From a virus: DNA of 64,000 nucleotides. Positions within the stretch are counted from its first letter, which is position 1; each line of letters begins with the position of its first letter. The stretch spans positions 58,759 through 122,758 of IMG/VR virus record IMGVR_UViG_3300029957_000007; one strand, given 5' to 3'. The notes under the pieces are model-generated. The model saw nothing but the letters and a program-made list of their open reading frames with translations. It did no database searches and was not told where the DNA came from. Shown in pieces: positions 8,725-17,872 of the stretch. The translations under genes were made by a program, and so were the position numbers.

Positions 8725-11601
8725 GTGTTACTGAGATATGCGAAAGCCAAGATAACACGAATCGCCTCGTGGGATGAGATCTTTATCAGAGACAGAAAGG
8801 TCAGAACAGCTTCCATCCTGGAAGACAAAGCACTTGATCGTACCATTCAGATCAAGCCAATCGCATTGAACCCACAGAAGTATTTGTATGTTCAAGCGAG
8901 AGCAGTGAGTGGCGGTGAAGTACATGGTCCAAACGACAACGGCGACTACTTTCGTTGGGAGGAGCTGCAAGAACGGTACATGACGTTCATTGGAGCTGCT
9001 GTCAACATCGACCACAAGAACAACGCACCAGAATGGGCTTGTGGTATCATCATCGACGCACAACTCAATCCTGAACAATGGGTTGAGATCGTCATGGCTA
9101 TCGATAAAGCAAAAGCAGAGAAGTTGTACCCTGGAGTCATCAAGAAAATTGAGGCTGGAGCTATCACAGACGTCTCAATGGGCTGCTTGGTAGAATGGTC
9201 GATCTGCTCAACTTGCTTGAGAACGAAGGCCGATGGCGATGAATCGAAGCTTGTGCAGGGTCAAGGGCTTGCAATGGAGCCTGAAGATTATTGCGAGCAT
9301 GTCGATGAAGATTCGCCTGCATTCTGTAAAGGAATGCCTGATCCGGATGGAGAGATCTGCCATGAAGATAATCGTGGCGTGACCTTCTTTGAAGAGAGCA
9401 TCATCACAACTCAAGGCGCAGATCCAGACGCCAAACTCGGACAACGCTTTGCGTCTGTCAAGATCAACGAAAAAATTCGAATCGCTTCATTCGCTCCACC
9501 TCAGCACACACCTTCAGACAAGTCGGCATTAGCGCCGTACATCAACTTTCGGTCACTCGACAATGTGCGACTTGCACATTTGAAACGGATCTCAAAAGGA
9601 GAAGATAGCATGGGTGCTGAGAAGAAGCCAGTGGTTGCTGCTGGTCCGGGGAATCCAACGGATACAGAGCAGGACAGAGGCGATTACGGCAAAGCCAGCG
9701 AGAAGGACAAGGCTCTCTTCGATCAAAGCAAGCAGAAGAGCCAGAAGGAAGACGAGAAGCGAGGCAATGAGGTGGAGACCATGATCGACCGTGGCGACTA
9801 CACACTCGCTGCTTTGGCTGCAGTGCAAGTCCTTCGCAAAGCTGGTAAGGCCGATCCAAAGCTGATCGCTTCCCTGCTGCCACTCATCGCCTCGGAAGAG
9901 GAAGTTGAGAAGCCAGGCGAGAAGAAGGCTGATGAGGTCGACATGCACAAGGACAAGGCGAAGCCCGGTGAGGAAGAGGGCGTCGAGGAAGTCCCTGAGA
10001 AAAAGGAAGTCGGTGAGAAGCCAGGCATGGTTGAGAAGGGCGAAGAGGAATATGTCGAGCCAACAGCTGCCACTGCTGCTAAGAAAGATGTGAAGCTGAG
10101 CGGCAAGGATTCCAAGTTCGCTCAGGCCAAGGCTGTTTTGGCTGATGCAATGAGCAAAATTGGTGCCATCCTTGGCAATCCTTTAGAGACCGCAAAGGAT
10201 GCTGGCGATTACGATGCTGGCGATGTGAACAAAGAGACCAAGTCAGTGGCTGACAGCAATGCTGGTGCCACTGAGAAAGAGAAGAAGGCGCAAGATGCCG
10301 CTGGCAATTCGACCAAAGAGGATCGTGAGAAACAGGTCGAGCTGGCCAAGCGTGCTGCTGCCAAACAGCGCAAAGCTGATAACGAAGACAAGAAAGTGGA
10401 CTTCATCACGAGTGAGATGATGAAGGGCAAGAACTTCGACGACTCCAAGCAAGAAGCTGATGAGCGCTATAAAGAAGACGAGACTCGTCAAGCCGCTGCT
10501 GAGCCAGAGATGAAGGACGGCACAGACAAGACGCAGAAGTCACCAGCCACTGAAGACAAGGCTGAAGGCGAGAACAAGATGCAAGACAAAGAATTGGATC
10601 AAGAGAAAGCTGGTTCCTCAGTCGAGAAGCCTGAAGTCGAGCGAGAGATCGCTGCTGGCAAGAAGGTGAAAGCTGAGAGCACCGAAGAGGAAATGCAAAA
10701 AGGCACTGAAGAGACCAAGGACAGCAAGAAGGAAGCCGCTGCTGAAGAGGCTCCCGAGTCGAAGGAAGAGAAAGAGGTCGAAGGCGCCAAGGAAGAGAAA
10801 TCCGAGAAGCCAGAGGAAGTGGTTGGGAAGCTCGACACCGCTGCTGCCGCCTTTGAGGACGAGGAGAAGAAGCTGAAGGAAGAGGCCGCAAACCTCGCCT
10901 CCCTCGGCCTGAAGGAAGAGGCGAAGCTGATCGTCAAGCGGATCTCTTCACTTCAAGAGAAAGTCGCTGTGCTGAACAGCCTGGCGAACAAGATCGAGGA
11001 CAACGGCAAGCGCGTTGCTTCGGTTGCGAACATTGCTCAGCGGAAGAAAGCGCTGGGTCAGTTCTCCATCATGGTCAAGAAGGCCTCGGTGATCCTGGCT
11101 GAGGTCTGCAAGGGCGATGATGAGGAGAAGAAGACGGTCGAGTCTTCGATGCAGAAGTCGGCTTCGGCCAAGCGGCTTGCTTCAGAGAATGCTCAACTGA
11201 AGGCCTCCCAATTGAAGCAGCAAGCGGCTATCCAGCGCATTGCTCGCTCTCAAGCGGTCTCCAGCCTGATCAAGATGGCGAAGGAGAAGGGGCTGATCGA
11301 CGAGACACAGGTTGCGAGCACCATCGAACGCTGGTCTAAACTCTCGGATCCTGCTTTTGCCGAGATCAAGGCCCACTTCGCTGCTGCAAAGCCTGTTCGA
11401 GTGGCTGGTGTGCAGGGTCTGCGCAAGAATCTCCGTGAGGCTGCTGCGGGCTTGACCCGTGTCGCCAATGGAGAACTTGAAGGCGTGGAAGCTCCTGTGG
11501 CTGGCTTGATGAAGCAATCGGACCTTGACGAACAGCTGGCGGACATGTTCATGGACGATGCTCGTGCCATGGGCAGCAAAGGACCCCGCGGAAGCTTCTA
11601 A
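8725..11601 (+). CDS. Prohead (capsid maturation) protease fused to scaffolding protein
   Basis: N-terminal protease domain (YLYVQARAVS, NIDHKN His, DVSMGC Ser, CSTC/CEH Zn-like site, FFEESI...ADPDA); long Glu/Lys/Ala-rich coiled-coil scaffold; upstream of decoration and capsid genes. Confidence 0.85.
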   Translation: MLLRYAKAKITRIASWDEIFIRDRKVRTASILEDKALDRTIQIKPIALNPQKYLYVQARAVSGGEVHGPNDNGDYFRWEELQERYMTFIGAAVNIDHKNNAPEWACGIIIDAQLNPEQWVEIVMAIDKAKAEKLYPGVIKKIEAGAITDVSMGCLVEWSICSTCLRTKADGDESKLVQGQGLAMEPEDYCEHVDEDSPAFCKGMPDPDGEICHEDNRGVTFFEESIITTQGADPDAKLGQRFASVKINEKIRIASFAPPQHTPSDKSALAPYINFRSLDNVRLAHLKRISKGEDSMGAEKKPVVAAGPGNPTDTEQDRGDYGKASEKDKALFDQSKQKSQKEDEKRGNEVETMIDRGDYTLAALAAVQVLRKAGKADPKLIASLLPLIASEEEVEKPGEKKADEVDMHKDKAKPGEEEGVEEVPEKKEVGEKPGMVEKGEEEYVEPTAATAAKKDVKLSGKDSKFAQAKAVLADAMSKIGAILGNPLETAKDAGDYDAGDVNKETKSVADSNAGATEKEKKAQDAAGNSTKEDREKQVELAKRAAAKQRKADNEDKKVDFITSEMMKGKNFDDSKQEADERYKEDETRQAAAEPEMKDGTDKTQKSPATEDKAEGENKMQDKELDQEKAGSSVEKPEVEREIAAGKKVKAESTEEEMQKGTEETKDSKKEAAAEEAPESKEEKEVEGAKEEKSEKPEEVVGKLDTAAAAFEDEEKKLKEEAANLASLGLKEEAKLIVKRISSLQEKVAVLNSLANKIEDNGKRVASVANIAQRKKALGQFSIMVKKASVILAEVCKGDDEEKKTVESSMQKSASAKRLASENAQLKASQLKQQAAIQRIARSQAVSSLIKMAKEKGLIDETQVASTIERWSKLSDPAFAEIKAHFAAAKPVRVAGVQGLRKNLREAAAGLTRVANGELEGVEAPVAGLMKQSDLDEQLADMFMDDARAMGSKGPRGSF

Positions 11602-11652
11602 CATTAGTGAGCGAAGCTCATTAGTGTCCTTGAGCTGGATGATCTAGCTCAA
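11602..11652 (+). promoter_or_regulatory. Two intergenic hairpins before the decoration/capsid genes
   Basis: TGAGC-GAA-GCTCA flanked by a CATTAGTG direct repeat; TTGAGCTGGA-TGA-TCTAGCTCAA (10 bp, one G.U pair). Confidence 0.5.
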
Positions 11653-11672
11653 ATGCAATGGAGGAAAGAACA

Positions 11673-12143
11673 ATGGGTATGCAGGTCCTGCAACTCAGCT
11701 TCAAGGATGGCAACATCCCGTTGGATCCCACCGTGGCTGCGAACGGCTACTTCGGTGGTCAGCCCGCTGCCATCAATTCGCTCGGTCAGGCCACGAAGGC
11801 TACCAGCGGTGGTGGTTCACCGGCTTACATCGGCATGTTCAAGAACTCACAGTACGAGGACGCTCAGAACGGCAACGTGACGATCGTCTTCGGCGCTAGC
11901 AAGGTGCAGTTCATGAACGGTTCGGACCAGGTGGAGAACACTGACCTGTCAGGCAATGTGATCGAAGGCGCTCCGTATGATACCACTCAGACGTACGCCA
12001 ACGCTCAGTACCTGTACATCGATCACGTGTCCGGCCTGTGGACCAACCAGAGCGCTGGCAACGGCACTGCGAAGGGCATCATCACCAAGGCCCCGACGTC
12101 GACAGACTCGACGCTGGAAGCCTACATGTTCGCCGTCGCCTAA
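11673..12143 (+). CDS. Capsid decoration/cement protein
   Basis: Between protease and MCP; GGAGG RBS favours ATG 11673; strong codon bias; G/A/T-rich beta composition. Confidence 0.65.
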   Translation: MGMQVLQLSFKDGNIPLDPTVAANGYFGGQPAAINSLGQATKATSGGGSPAYIGMFKNSQYEDAQNGNVTIVFGASKVQFMNGSDQVENTDLSGNVIEGAPYDTTQTYANAQYLYIDHVSGLWTNQSAGNGTAKGIITKAPTSTDSTLEAYMFAVA

Positions 12144-12185
12144 GCCAACTCAACCGACATAACTGTCACCGGAGGAATCACAACA

Positions 12186-13154
12186 ATGGATCCGAGAATG
12201 TCACGTGCCATGCAGGCTTTCGCTTCGGCTTACAACGGCGACCCTGCTACTGCCGGCAAGCACCCCGGCCAGGTGAGCTCTGAGAAGCGTGAGGCTGCCA
12301 AGCGCATGCATCTTCGTCGTGAGGCTGCTCTCACCCAGGCTCTGCAAACCGAGGCTGGTCTGAAGCGCATCGCCGCGAACATGTCGAACCCTGTCCGCTT
12401 CAAGTTGGACTACAAAGGGATCTTCCGCAAGTTCGTCATTGTGGAACAGATGCCCGATGGCGTCCCGCTGATCTGGGACAAGGATCAGCCGCTGGCTCCT
12501 GCCGTGAAGGTCGGCAAGGGCGGTTCACCTCGCATGATCGAGATGCGAGGCAAGCGTGTGGAGCTCCAGGCCTTTGAGATCGCCAGCCGTGTGAAGGTTC
12601 CTTACGAGGAGCTGTTCACTCGCCGGTACAGGGCCCTGGATCGTGCCAAGGATCGTCTGATCGAAGGCATGGAGCTGCGTGAGGATCTGATCGGCTTCTC
12701 GCTGATCGAGACCGCGAGCTCCCTGGTTAACACCCCGGTGGTGACGGCCGGTGCTTTCGACCGTGATCTGCTGGCCAAGATGTTCGTGCAAGTGGAAGCC
12801 AATCGCTTGCCTGTTGCGACGGTTCTGATGTCGCCATACGGCACGATGGGCATCCGTCGTCTGCAGTTCCAGAACCTGGACCAGGTCGGCATGCAGGAAG
12901 TCCGGGAGACCGGGTACCTCGGCAACATGTGGGGTGCTGACTTCTACGTGTCAGATCAGATCCCGGCTGGTACGGCTTACGCCTTCACCGGTCCAAAGTT
13001 CTTCGGCTGGATGCCGATCCGCAAAGACACCGACGTCATCCCTGCTGATGACCCGGACAATCTGCGCCTCGGCTTCGTCGGCTATGAGCTCCTGGCCATG
13101 ACGATCTTCAACGCCCTGGGCGTGGTGAAGGGCAGCTTCAACATCGCTGCCTAA
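12186..13154 (+). CDS. Major capsid protein (HK97-like fold)
   Basis: Position after protease/decoration genes; strongest codon bias in the window; KRIAANMSNPVRFKLDYKGIFRK..VEQMPDG motif recalls capsids of Bxz1-like myoviruses (from memory, unverified). Confidence 0.85.
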   Translation: MDPRMSRAMQAFASAYNGDPATAGKHPGQVSSEKREAAKRMHLRREAALTQALQTEAGLKRIAANMSNPVRFKLDYKGIFRKFVIVEQMPDGVPLIWDKDQPLAPAVKVGKGGSPRMIEMRGKRVELQAFEIASRVKVPYEELFTRRYRALDRAKDRLIEGMELREDLIGFSLIETASSLVNTPVVTAGAFDRDLLAKMFVQVEANRLPVATVLMSPYGTMGIRRLQFQNLDQVGMQEVRETGYLGNMWGADFYVSDQIPAGTAYAFTGPKFFGWMPIRKDTDVIPADDPDNLRLGFVGYELLAMTIFNALGVVKGSFNIAA

Positions 13155-13180
13155 GATCGACTGACGCAATGTGGAAGGAG

Positions 13181-13206
13181 GAGGAGGAGCTATCAGCCTC
13201 CTCCTC
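13181..13206 (+). terminator. Hairpin after MCP (attenuator or 3' stabiliser)
   Basis: GAGGAGGAGCT-ATC-AGC(C)TCCTCCTC, 11 bp with one bulge; no clear U-tract. Confidence 0.45.
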
Positions 13207-13243
13207 TAACCATTATCCTCTGACTCAAACAAAAGGAACTACC

Positions 13244-13696
13244 ATGTCGAATGCTAAAGTCGTGACACGTGAGATGATCGAGAACATCCGCTTCGTTCAG
13301 AACACGTTGAACGCTCAGCTGATGATCCCTGACCTGGGCAAGAACGGCATCGTTCTGACGCCTTACGAGATCGTGGACTTCTCTCGCTTCTTCTCCAAGC
13401 GTGAGCTCGGTCAGTCATCGCACTTGGATTACTGCCTGAAGGAAGGGCATCTGAAAGTGCTGGAGACTCCTGCCAATGTTGCCGAGGCAACTGGCGAGAA
13501 TCTCAAGTTCAAGGACGCTGTGCAGGAAGAGGACAAAGAGAAGCTGCGTGGTGAAGAGCTCCCGAAGGACACGCCGGTCACTGATCGTGTTGAGACCAAG
13601 TTCGATGAGGGTCTGGACAAGGTTGAGGACAAGGAAGACCAGGAAGACGAAGAGACCAAGCTCAGCAAGAAGCGTCGCAAAGCCAGCCAGGAATAG
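13244..13696 (+). CDS. Hypothetical head-associated protein
   Basis: AAGGA RBS favours ATG 13244 over 13169; strong codon bias; ends KKRRKASQE. Confidence 0.65.
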   Translation: MSNAKVVTREMIENIRFVQNTLNAQLMIPDLGKNGIVLTPYEIVDFSRFFSKRELGQSSHLDYCLKEGHLKVLETPANVAEATGENLKFKDAVQEEDKEKLRGEELPKDTPVTDRVETKFDEGLDKVEDKEDQEDEETKLSKKRRKASQE

Positions 13697-13711
13697 GTGG
13701 ACAGCGATTAA

Positions 13712-13748
13712 GGATCTCCCTCAGCAAAGAGGGAGATCCCTTTGTGTT
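13712..13748 (+). terminator. Rho-independent terminator closing the capsid operon
   Basis: Perfect 11-bp stem GGATCTCCCTC/GAGGGAGATCC, loop AGCAAA, followed by CTTTGTGTT. Confidence 0.8.
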
Positions 13749-13817
13749 GTGAAACAGCGAATTCACAACACAAATGGATCTACCACGTTTTTTTTCCACC
13801 CACAAGGGAGACAAGCA

Positions 13818-16013
13818 ATGAAGAGAACAGCGCTGCTCATTGGCTTGCTGATGTGCACCATCAGCGCATGGGCCAATCCATCAACACCAACGGGACTTGC
13901 CGTTGTGACAAACACAGCGACAAGTGCTAATCTGACTTGGAATTCAGTCAGCGGCATTGGTATCAAGTACAACATCTATCAGAATGGAACATTACTCGGA
14001 AACAATGGCGGCACAAATGCTCAAGTGTCTGGCCTTGTAACTGGCGTGAGTTATGGATTCGGCGTTCAAGCTTTTGACATCAACAACCTCGCATCAGCGG
14101 TTTCGCCATATGTGACGATCACTGCTGGATCTGGTGTCACGCCAACTGGTCAAGTACAGAATGTCTATTGCGTGAATTGTTCCTCTGGGTCAGGTGGCGG
14201 AGGTGGTTCCGTCACACAGGGGACTTCACCATGGGTTACGAGCGGAACAATTACAGGATCTATTCCAACTGGTAACAATACAATAGGTGCCGTTGGTGTG
14301 ACAAGTATGCCAACTATTTCAATTAATCCGGCCAATGTCTACATCACTGGCACGGTGAATGCTAATGTCACCTCTTCTACTGCGCAACAGATTACGATTA
14401 CTGCTTCGAGTATCACGTTACCAGTTAGTGTGACGGCGGCATTACCAGCTGGAACAAACTACATTGGTGCAATAAATATTAGCAATACATCAGCAATTAG
14501 CATTAGCGCCACCGGCGGGGCATTTGGAGTGAACAACTTCCCAACCTCACTGACAAACGGCGATTGGGTCTCAGGTGATACGCCAGAAGCTCAACTTGCA
14601 TCAGTGGAAGCCTACTTGAAGATGTCGAACACGGCTGGTACTGCTGACAACGTAATGGGTGACACCACCAATGGTCTGTGGGTTAATCTGAAGAATGCAG
14701 TCGCTTTGACTGTGAATACCCATGCCGTTACGCAGTCTGGAGCATGGGCTGCATTCGTCACACCAAGCGTTGGTACGTCCAGTGGTTCTCCTGCTTTCAT
14801 CTCCGTGACAGGTCAGGTTCCAGTGACTTGCTCTAATTGTACTAGCGGAAGCAGTGGAGCTTCTTCTGGGCTGAGTCTGGGAGCGCAGACTACAACTGCC
14901 GTTGTCGGATGGTTTGGCGGCATCACGAGTTCGGTATCCGTAAATACACATGCAGTGACTCAAAGCGGAGCATGGGCTGCATTCGTCACACCAAGCGTTG
15001 GTGTTGTGGCTGCAACTCCAGTATTTGTTTCCATACCAGCGGGAACTTACCTGACAGCCAATCCGGTGGGAGGTGCATTCCTTGGTTCTGTTTCCTTCGT
15101 TGCAGGTGCGATTGGAACTTCTTCTGGCAATCCACAATATGTCAATCAAGCTGGACTCACTTACTACAACAGTGTGAGTAACAATAGTTCTGTTCAACTT
15201 GCTTCATCTGCTACATTCACTGGAGCTATCGAAGGAGCTTTTAACCAACCAGCTGCACAGGTTATGGTCTTCGGCGACCAACCCATGACCATCTATTGTG
15301 ACCAGTTTAACGCCCTAAACAACGTTGTGGAAACAGATACTTTTACTTATGTGACATTCACTACTGGCATCGCAAGTCAGGGATTCAATCGTAACATTAT
15401 GATTACTGGAGACGCCTTTAGGGTGCGGTGTCAGAATACGGGGGCAGGCACCACTACTACATTTAATTTAGAAACCACTTACGGTACCTTACCACCAGAA
15501 CCCAACGCCATCACGAGTTTAGGTAATAAAAAGATTGCTTTGATGGAATTAGGAGGCCTTCTCCTGAACGCTGCTGGAATTCCTATTTCAGGAACGGTCA
15601 ATTCAAATCTGTACGTCGCAGGTGCTGCCAATAATGCAACTAACGGCGCGTTCTTCAGCAACCTTGGCAACTACTCTACCGGGCGATACGTCACCACAGC
15701 CGCTGGGGCTACGAATGCAACTTCCATTAAAGCCAGCAGTGGCATGATTACTGGATTGTGGGCCAGCAACACCAATGGCAGTACACAATATATTAAACTT
15801 TATGACGTGTCATACACGCCACAAGTCGGTGTTACTGTACCGATGCTAACCATAGGCGTCCCAGCAAATGGTGGTTTTCTCAATCCAGTTGGAGCATCTG
15901 CCTGTCTGACATTTACATCTGGGATTGCAACCGCTACTACAGCTAACAGTGGTGATACAGACGCAACGAGCATTGCTGCTTCAACATTGAAATTTATCAT
16001 TAACTGGAAATAG
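13818..16013 (+). CDS. Signal-peptide protein with N-terminal fibronectin type III domain and long low-complexity beta-rich body
   Basis: GGGAG RBS and ATG 13818; MKRTALLIGLLMCTISAWA signal; FN3 pattern PSTPTGL...LTWN...YNIY...GLVTGVSYGFGVQAFD; C-terminal IKASSG...YIKLYD...TFTSGIA domain. Confidence 0.7.
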   Translation: MKRTALLIGLLMCTISAWANPSTPTGLAVVTNTATSANLTWNSVSGIGIKYNIYQNGTLLGNNGGTNAQVSGLVTGVSYGFGVQAFDINNLASAVSPYVTITAGSGVTPTGQVQNVYCVNCSSGSGGGGGSVTQGTSPWVTSGTITGSIPTGNNTIGAVGVTSMPTISINPANVYITGTVNANVTSSTAQQITITASSITLPVSVTAALPAGTNYIGAINISNTSAISISATGGAFGVNNFPTSLTNGDWVSGDTPEAQLASVEAYLKMSNTAGTADNVMGDTTNGLWVNLKNAVALTVNTHAVTQSGAWAAFVTPSVGTSSGSPAFISVTGQVPVTCSNCTSGSSGASSGLSLGAQTTTAVVGWFGGITSSVSVNTHAVTQSGAWAAFVTPSVGVVAATPVFVSIPAGTYLTANPVGGAFLGSVSFVAGAIGTSSGNPQYVNQAGLTYYNSVSNNSSVQLASSATFTGAIEGAFNQPAAQVMVFGDQPMTIYCDQFNALNNVVETDTFTYVTFTTGIASQGFNRNIMITGDAFRVRCQNTGAGTTTTFNLETTYGTLPPEPNAITSLGNKKIALMELGGLLLNAAGIPISGTVNSNLYVAGAANNATNGAFFSNLGNYSTGRYVTTAAGATNATSIKASSGMITGLWASNTNGSTQYIKLYDVSYTPQVGVTVPMLTIGVPANGGFLNPVGASACLTFTSGIATATTANSGDTDATSIAASTLKFIINWK
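14739..15002 (+). repeat. 36-nt exact direct repeat (14739-14774 and 14967-15002) within a 21-aa peptide duplication
   Basis: GGAGCATGGGCTGCATTCGTCACACCAAGCGTTGGT occurs twice; peptide VNTHAVTQSGAWAAFVTPSVG occurs twice. Confidence 0.9.
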
Positions 16014-16023
16014 GGAGTCTATT

Positions 16024-16641
16024 ATGAAAAAAATCAGTCTTCTAGTTCTACTGCTCGGCTTGAGTTCTTTAAGCCTAGCTCAAATGCCAGTTAGCGTCAG
16101 TGCTACCGCTAATGCAACTTATGCTTGGACCACCAGCAATACCGGTTACAGTTTAGTGGTAGCTGGTTTGGGCATGGCAGATACAGGCCAAGGTGCATTG
16201 TCTGGTACTATTGGTTTTACAATGGTCTCCTTGGTGAACAACTCAGCTTCTACCAATCTTGTTTTGGATGAGTCGAATGTCTATGGCGGTTTGAATGGCA
16301 ATCCAGTTTCTGGCAGAGTGGATTTCTATTTGACCAATGCGGTAACGTTCCCAGCCAACGTTTCCAGTGCTGTGGTTCCAGTTGCCAATGATACTAAATT
16401 TACAAGTACACCAAGTACCATTACGGCGCAGGCCAACTTTATCGGGACTGGCGCTTTGGTGGTTTCTGGGTCAAAGGTCTGGATGGGAGTTTTTCAGCCA
16501 GGGCAGACAGCTTTTAAAAATTGGAATGAAAAACTTATTATCTCCCCTGGGTGGCGCCTTGACGTGCAGATCTATCCAATCAATGGAAACACCGGCCTGG
16601 TGACATACTTGAAGTGGTTTGAACAGCCAATAATTCCATAA
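16024..16641 (+). CDS. Signal-peptide beta-rich protein
   Basis: MKKISLLVLLLGLSSLSLA signal peptide ending in an SLA cleavage motif; GGGAG RBS. Confidence 0.65.
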   Translation: MKKISLLVLLLGLSSLSLAQMPVSVSATANATYAWTTSNTGYSLVVAGLGMADTGQGALSGTIGFTMVSLVNNSASTNLVLDESNVYGGLNGNPVSGRVDFYLTNAVTFPANVSSAVVPVANDTKFTSTPSTITAQANFIGTGALVVSGSKVWMGVFQPGQTAFKNWNEKLIISPGWRLDVQIYPINGNTGLVTYLKWFEQPIIP

Positions 16642-16650
16642 GGAGACGAC

Positions 16651-17403
16651 ATGACCAAAGACAAAGCCTTCGAGACGGCATTCAAAATTACATCATGGTT
16701 CGAAACTGGCGATCAACCATTTACACAAGCTAGTGGTAACTTTGATGGGCAAGGGTTGTCGTGGGGTCCTCGTCAGACTTGCATTGGACAAGGCTCCCTT
16801 CAACCGTTGCTGCAAAGAATGTCTGTCAGTTGCCAAGCAATATTGGTTGCTGAGCTCGGGAGCTTGAAGGCTTCCTTTGATCAAATGTTGGCGATCGGTG
16901 ATACGAAGAAACAGACAGCGTTTGTTGTCACAAACTGGAACTCAGCAACAAATAGATTGCTTCCACAATGGAATGTAGCTTTTGCTGCACTAGGAAAACA
17001 TCAAGAGATCCAAGACATTTTCATGGCAGAAGCAAAGAACGCGATCCTAGCTGTTGATGATCTCGCCAAATTCATCAATGGGTCAGGTCCAGTACCTTTC
17101 AGAACTTGGTGCTTGGCATTTGACATCAACACGCAAAATGGAGGCTTTGCTTCTTGGTTCAAAGCTGTGCTGACGGTCATCAAACCCATGCTTGCTCCAC
17201 TGAAGCAAGATGATAGGGATTGGATGAGAACTGTCGTTTGGCTTCGAGCTGCTCAAAGCTATATCAAAGGGAATCGACCCTTTGCATTAGATGTCTTGTC
17301 TCGAAAGCTTCTCATCGTGGAAGGACACGGCAAGTTCCGCGGTGGATATGTAGATCTTGACGCAACGTTGGGCGTCACTGATGAACCAGTCGAAGGCTTA
17401 TAG
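16651..17403 (+). CDS. Lysozyme-like peptidoglycan hydrolase (endolysin or virion muralytic enzyme)
   Basis: ITSWFETG...SGNFDGQGLSWG..Q..IGQGSLQPLL motif typical of a phage/bacterial muramidase-like family. Confidence 0.65.
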   Translation: MTKDKAFETAFKITSWFETGDQPFTQASGNFDGQGLSWGPRQTCIGQGSLQPLLQRMSVSCQAILVAELGSLKASFDQMLAIGDTKKQTAFVVTNWNSATNRLLPQWNVAFAALGKHQEIQDIFMAEAKNAILAVDDLAKFINGSGPVPFRTWCLAFDINTQNGGFASWFKAVLTVIKPMLAPLKQDDRDWMRTVVWLRAAQSYIKGNRPFALDVLSRKLLIVEGHGKFRGGYVDLDATLGVTDEPVEGL

Positions 17404-17411
17404 GAGAAACC

Positions 17412-17864
17412 ATGTCGATCGCGGCTTCTGATCTACTCTACTACCAGTCGAACAATGCTGGAAGCACTGGCGGTACAATTTCAGCTCTTCAGATCGTTGA
17501 TGCAACACTCAACAATCTATTTCCTGACGTTTCTGGTGACGGCGCTGTGACTGGCCAAAAGGACTATCGCAAGGTCTTCGTCAAGAACAATCACTCAACT
17601 CTGACGTTGATGAATCCACTCCTGTGGTTGCTGCGTCAAGCTCAAGATGACGATGTATGTTCTATAGCTCTTGGGACAGTGAATGATAGCAATCCAACGA
17701 GCCTGAATTTCGTCTCGCCGCTGGACAAGACATCTGGACTTTCGTTCCCAGATCTAGCTCCAGGACAATCACAAGGCTTCTGGATCTTGAGAACAACGCC
17801 ACCAAATGCGAAAGCGTTTCCGGCGGCATCAATTCAAGTCGTCGTTGAAGGCGACACGCTTTAG
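17412..17864 (+). CDS. Virion structural protein (conserved phage beta-sandwich type)
   Basis: GG.IS...I....NNLFPDVSG....G.KDYRKVFVKN motif common in myovirus structural loci. Confidence 0.5.
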   Translation: MSIAASDLLYYQSNNAGSTGGTISALQIVDATLNNLFPDVSGDGAVTGQKDYRKVFVKNNHSTLTLMNPLLWLLRQAQDDDVCSIALGTVNDSNPTSLNFVSPLDKTSGLSFPDLAPGQSQGFWILRTTPPNAKAFPAASIQVVVEGDTL

Positions 17865-17872
17865 AGGAAACG

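Noticed and set aside
13476-13817. 5' extensions given by the ORF track (13476, also 13169, 20774, 47937, 49377, 51662, 54511, 55288)
   Set aside because: They overlap upstream genes, terminators or hairpins; downstream starts have RBS, stop-start overlap or signal peptides.
14712-15002. Possible DGR template/variable repeat pair
   Set aside because: Mismatches are all synonymous and not restricted to adenines; no reverse transcriptase in the window.
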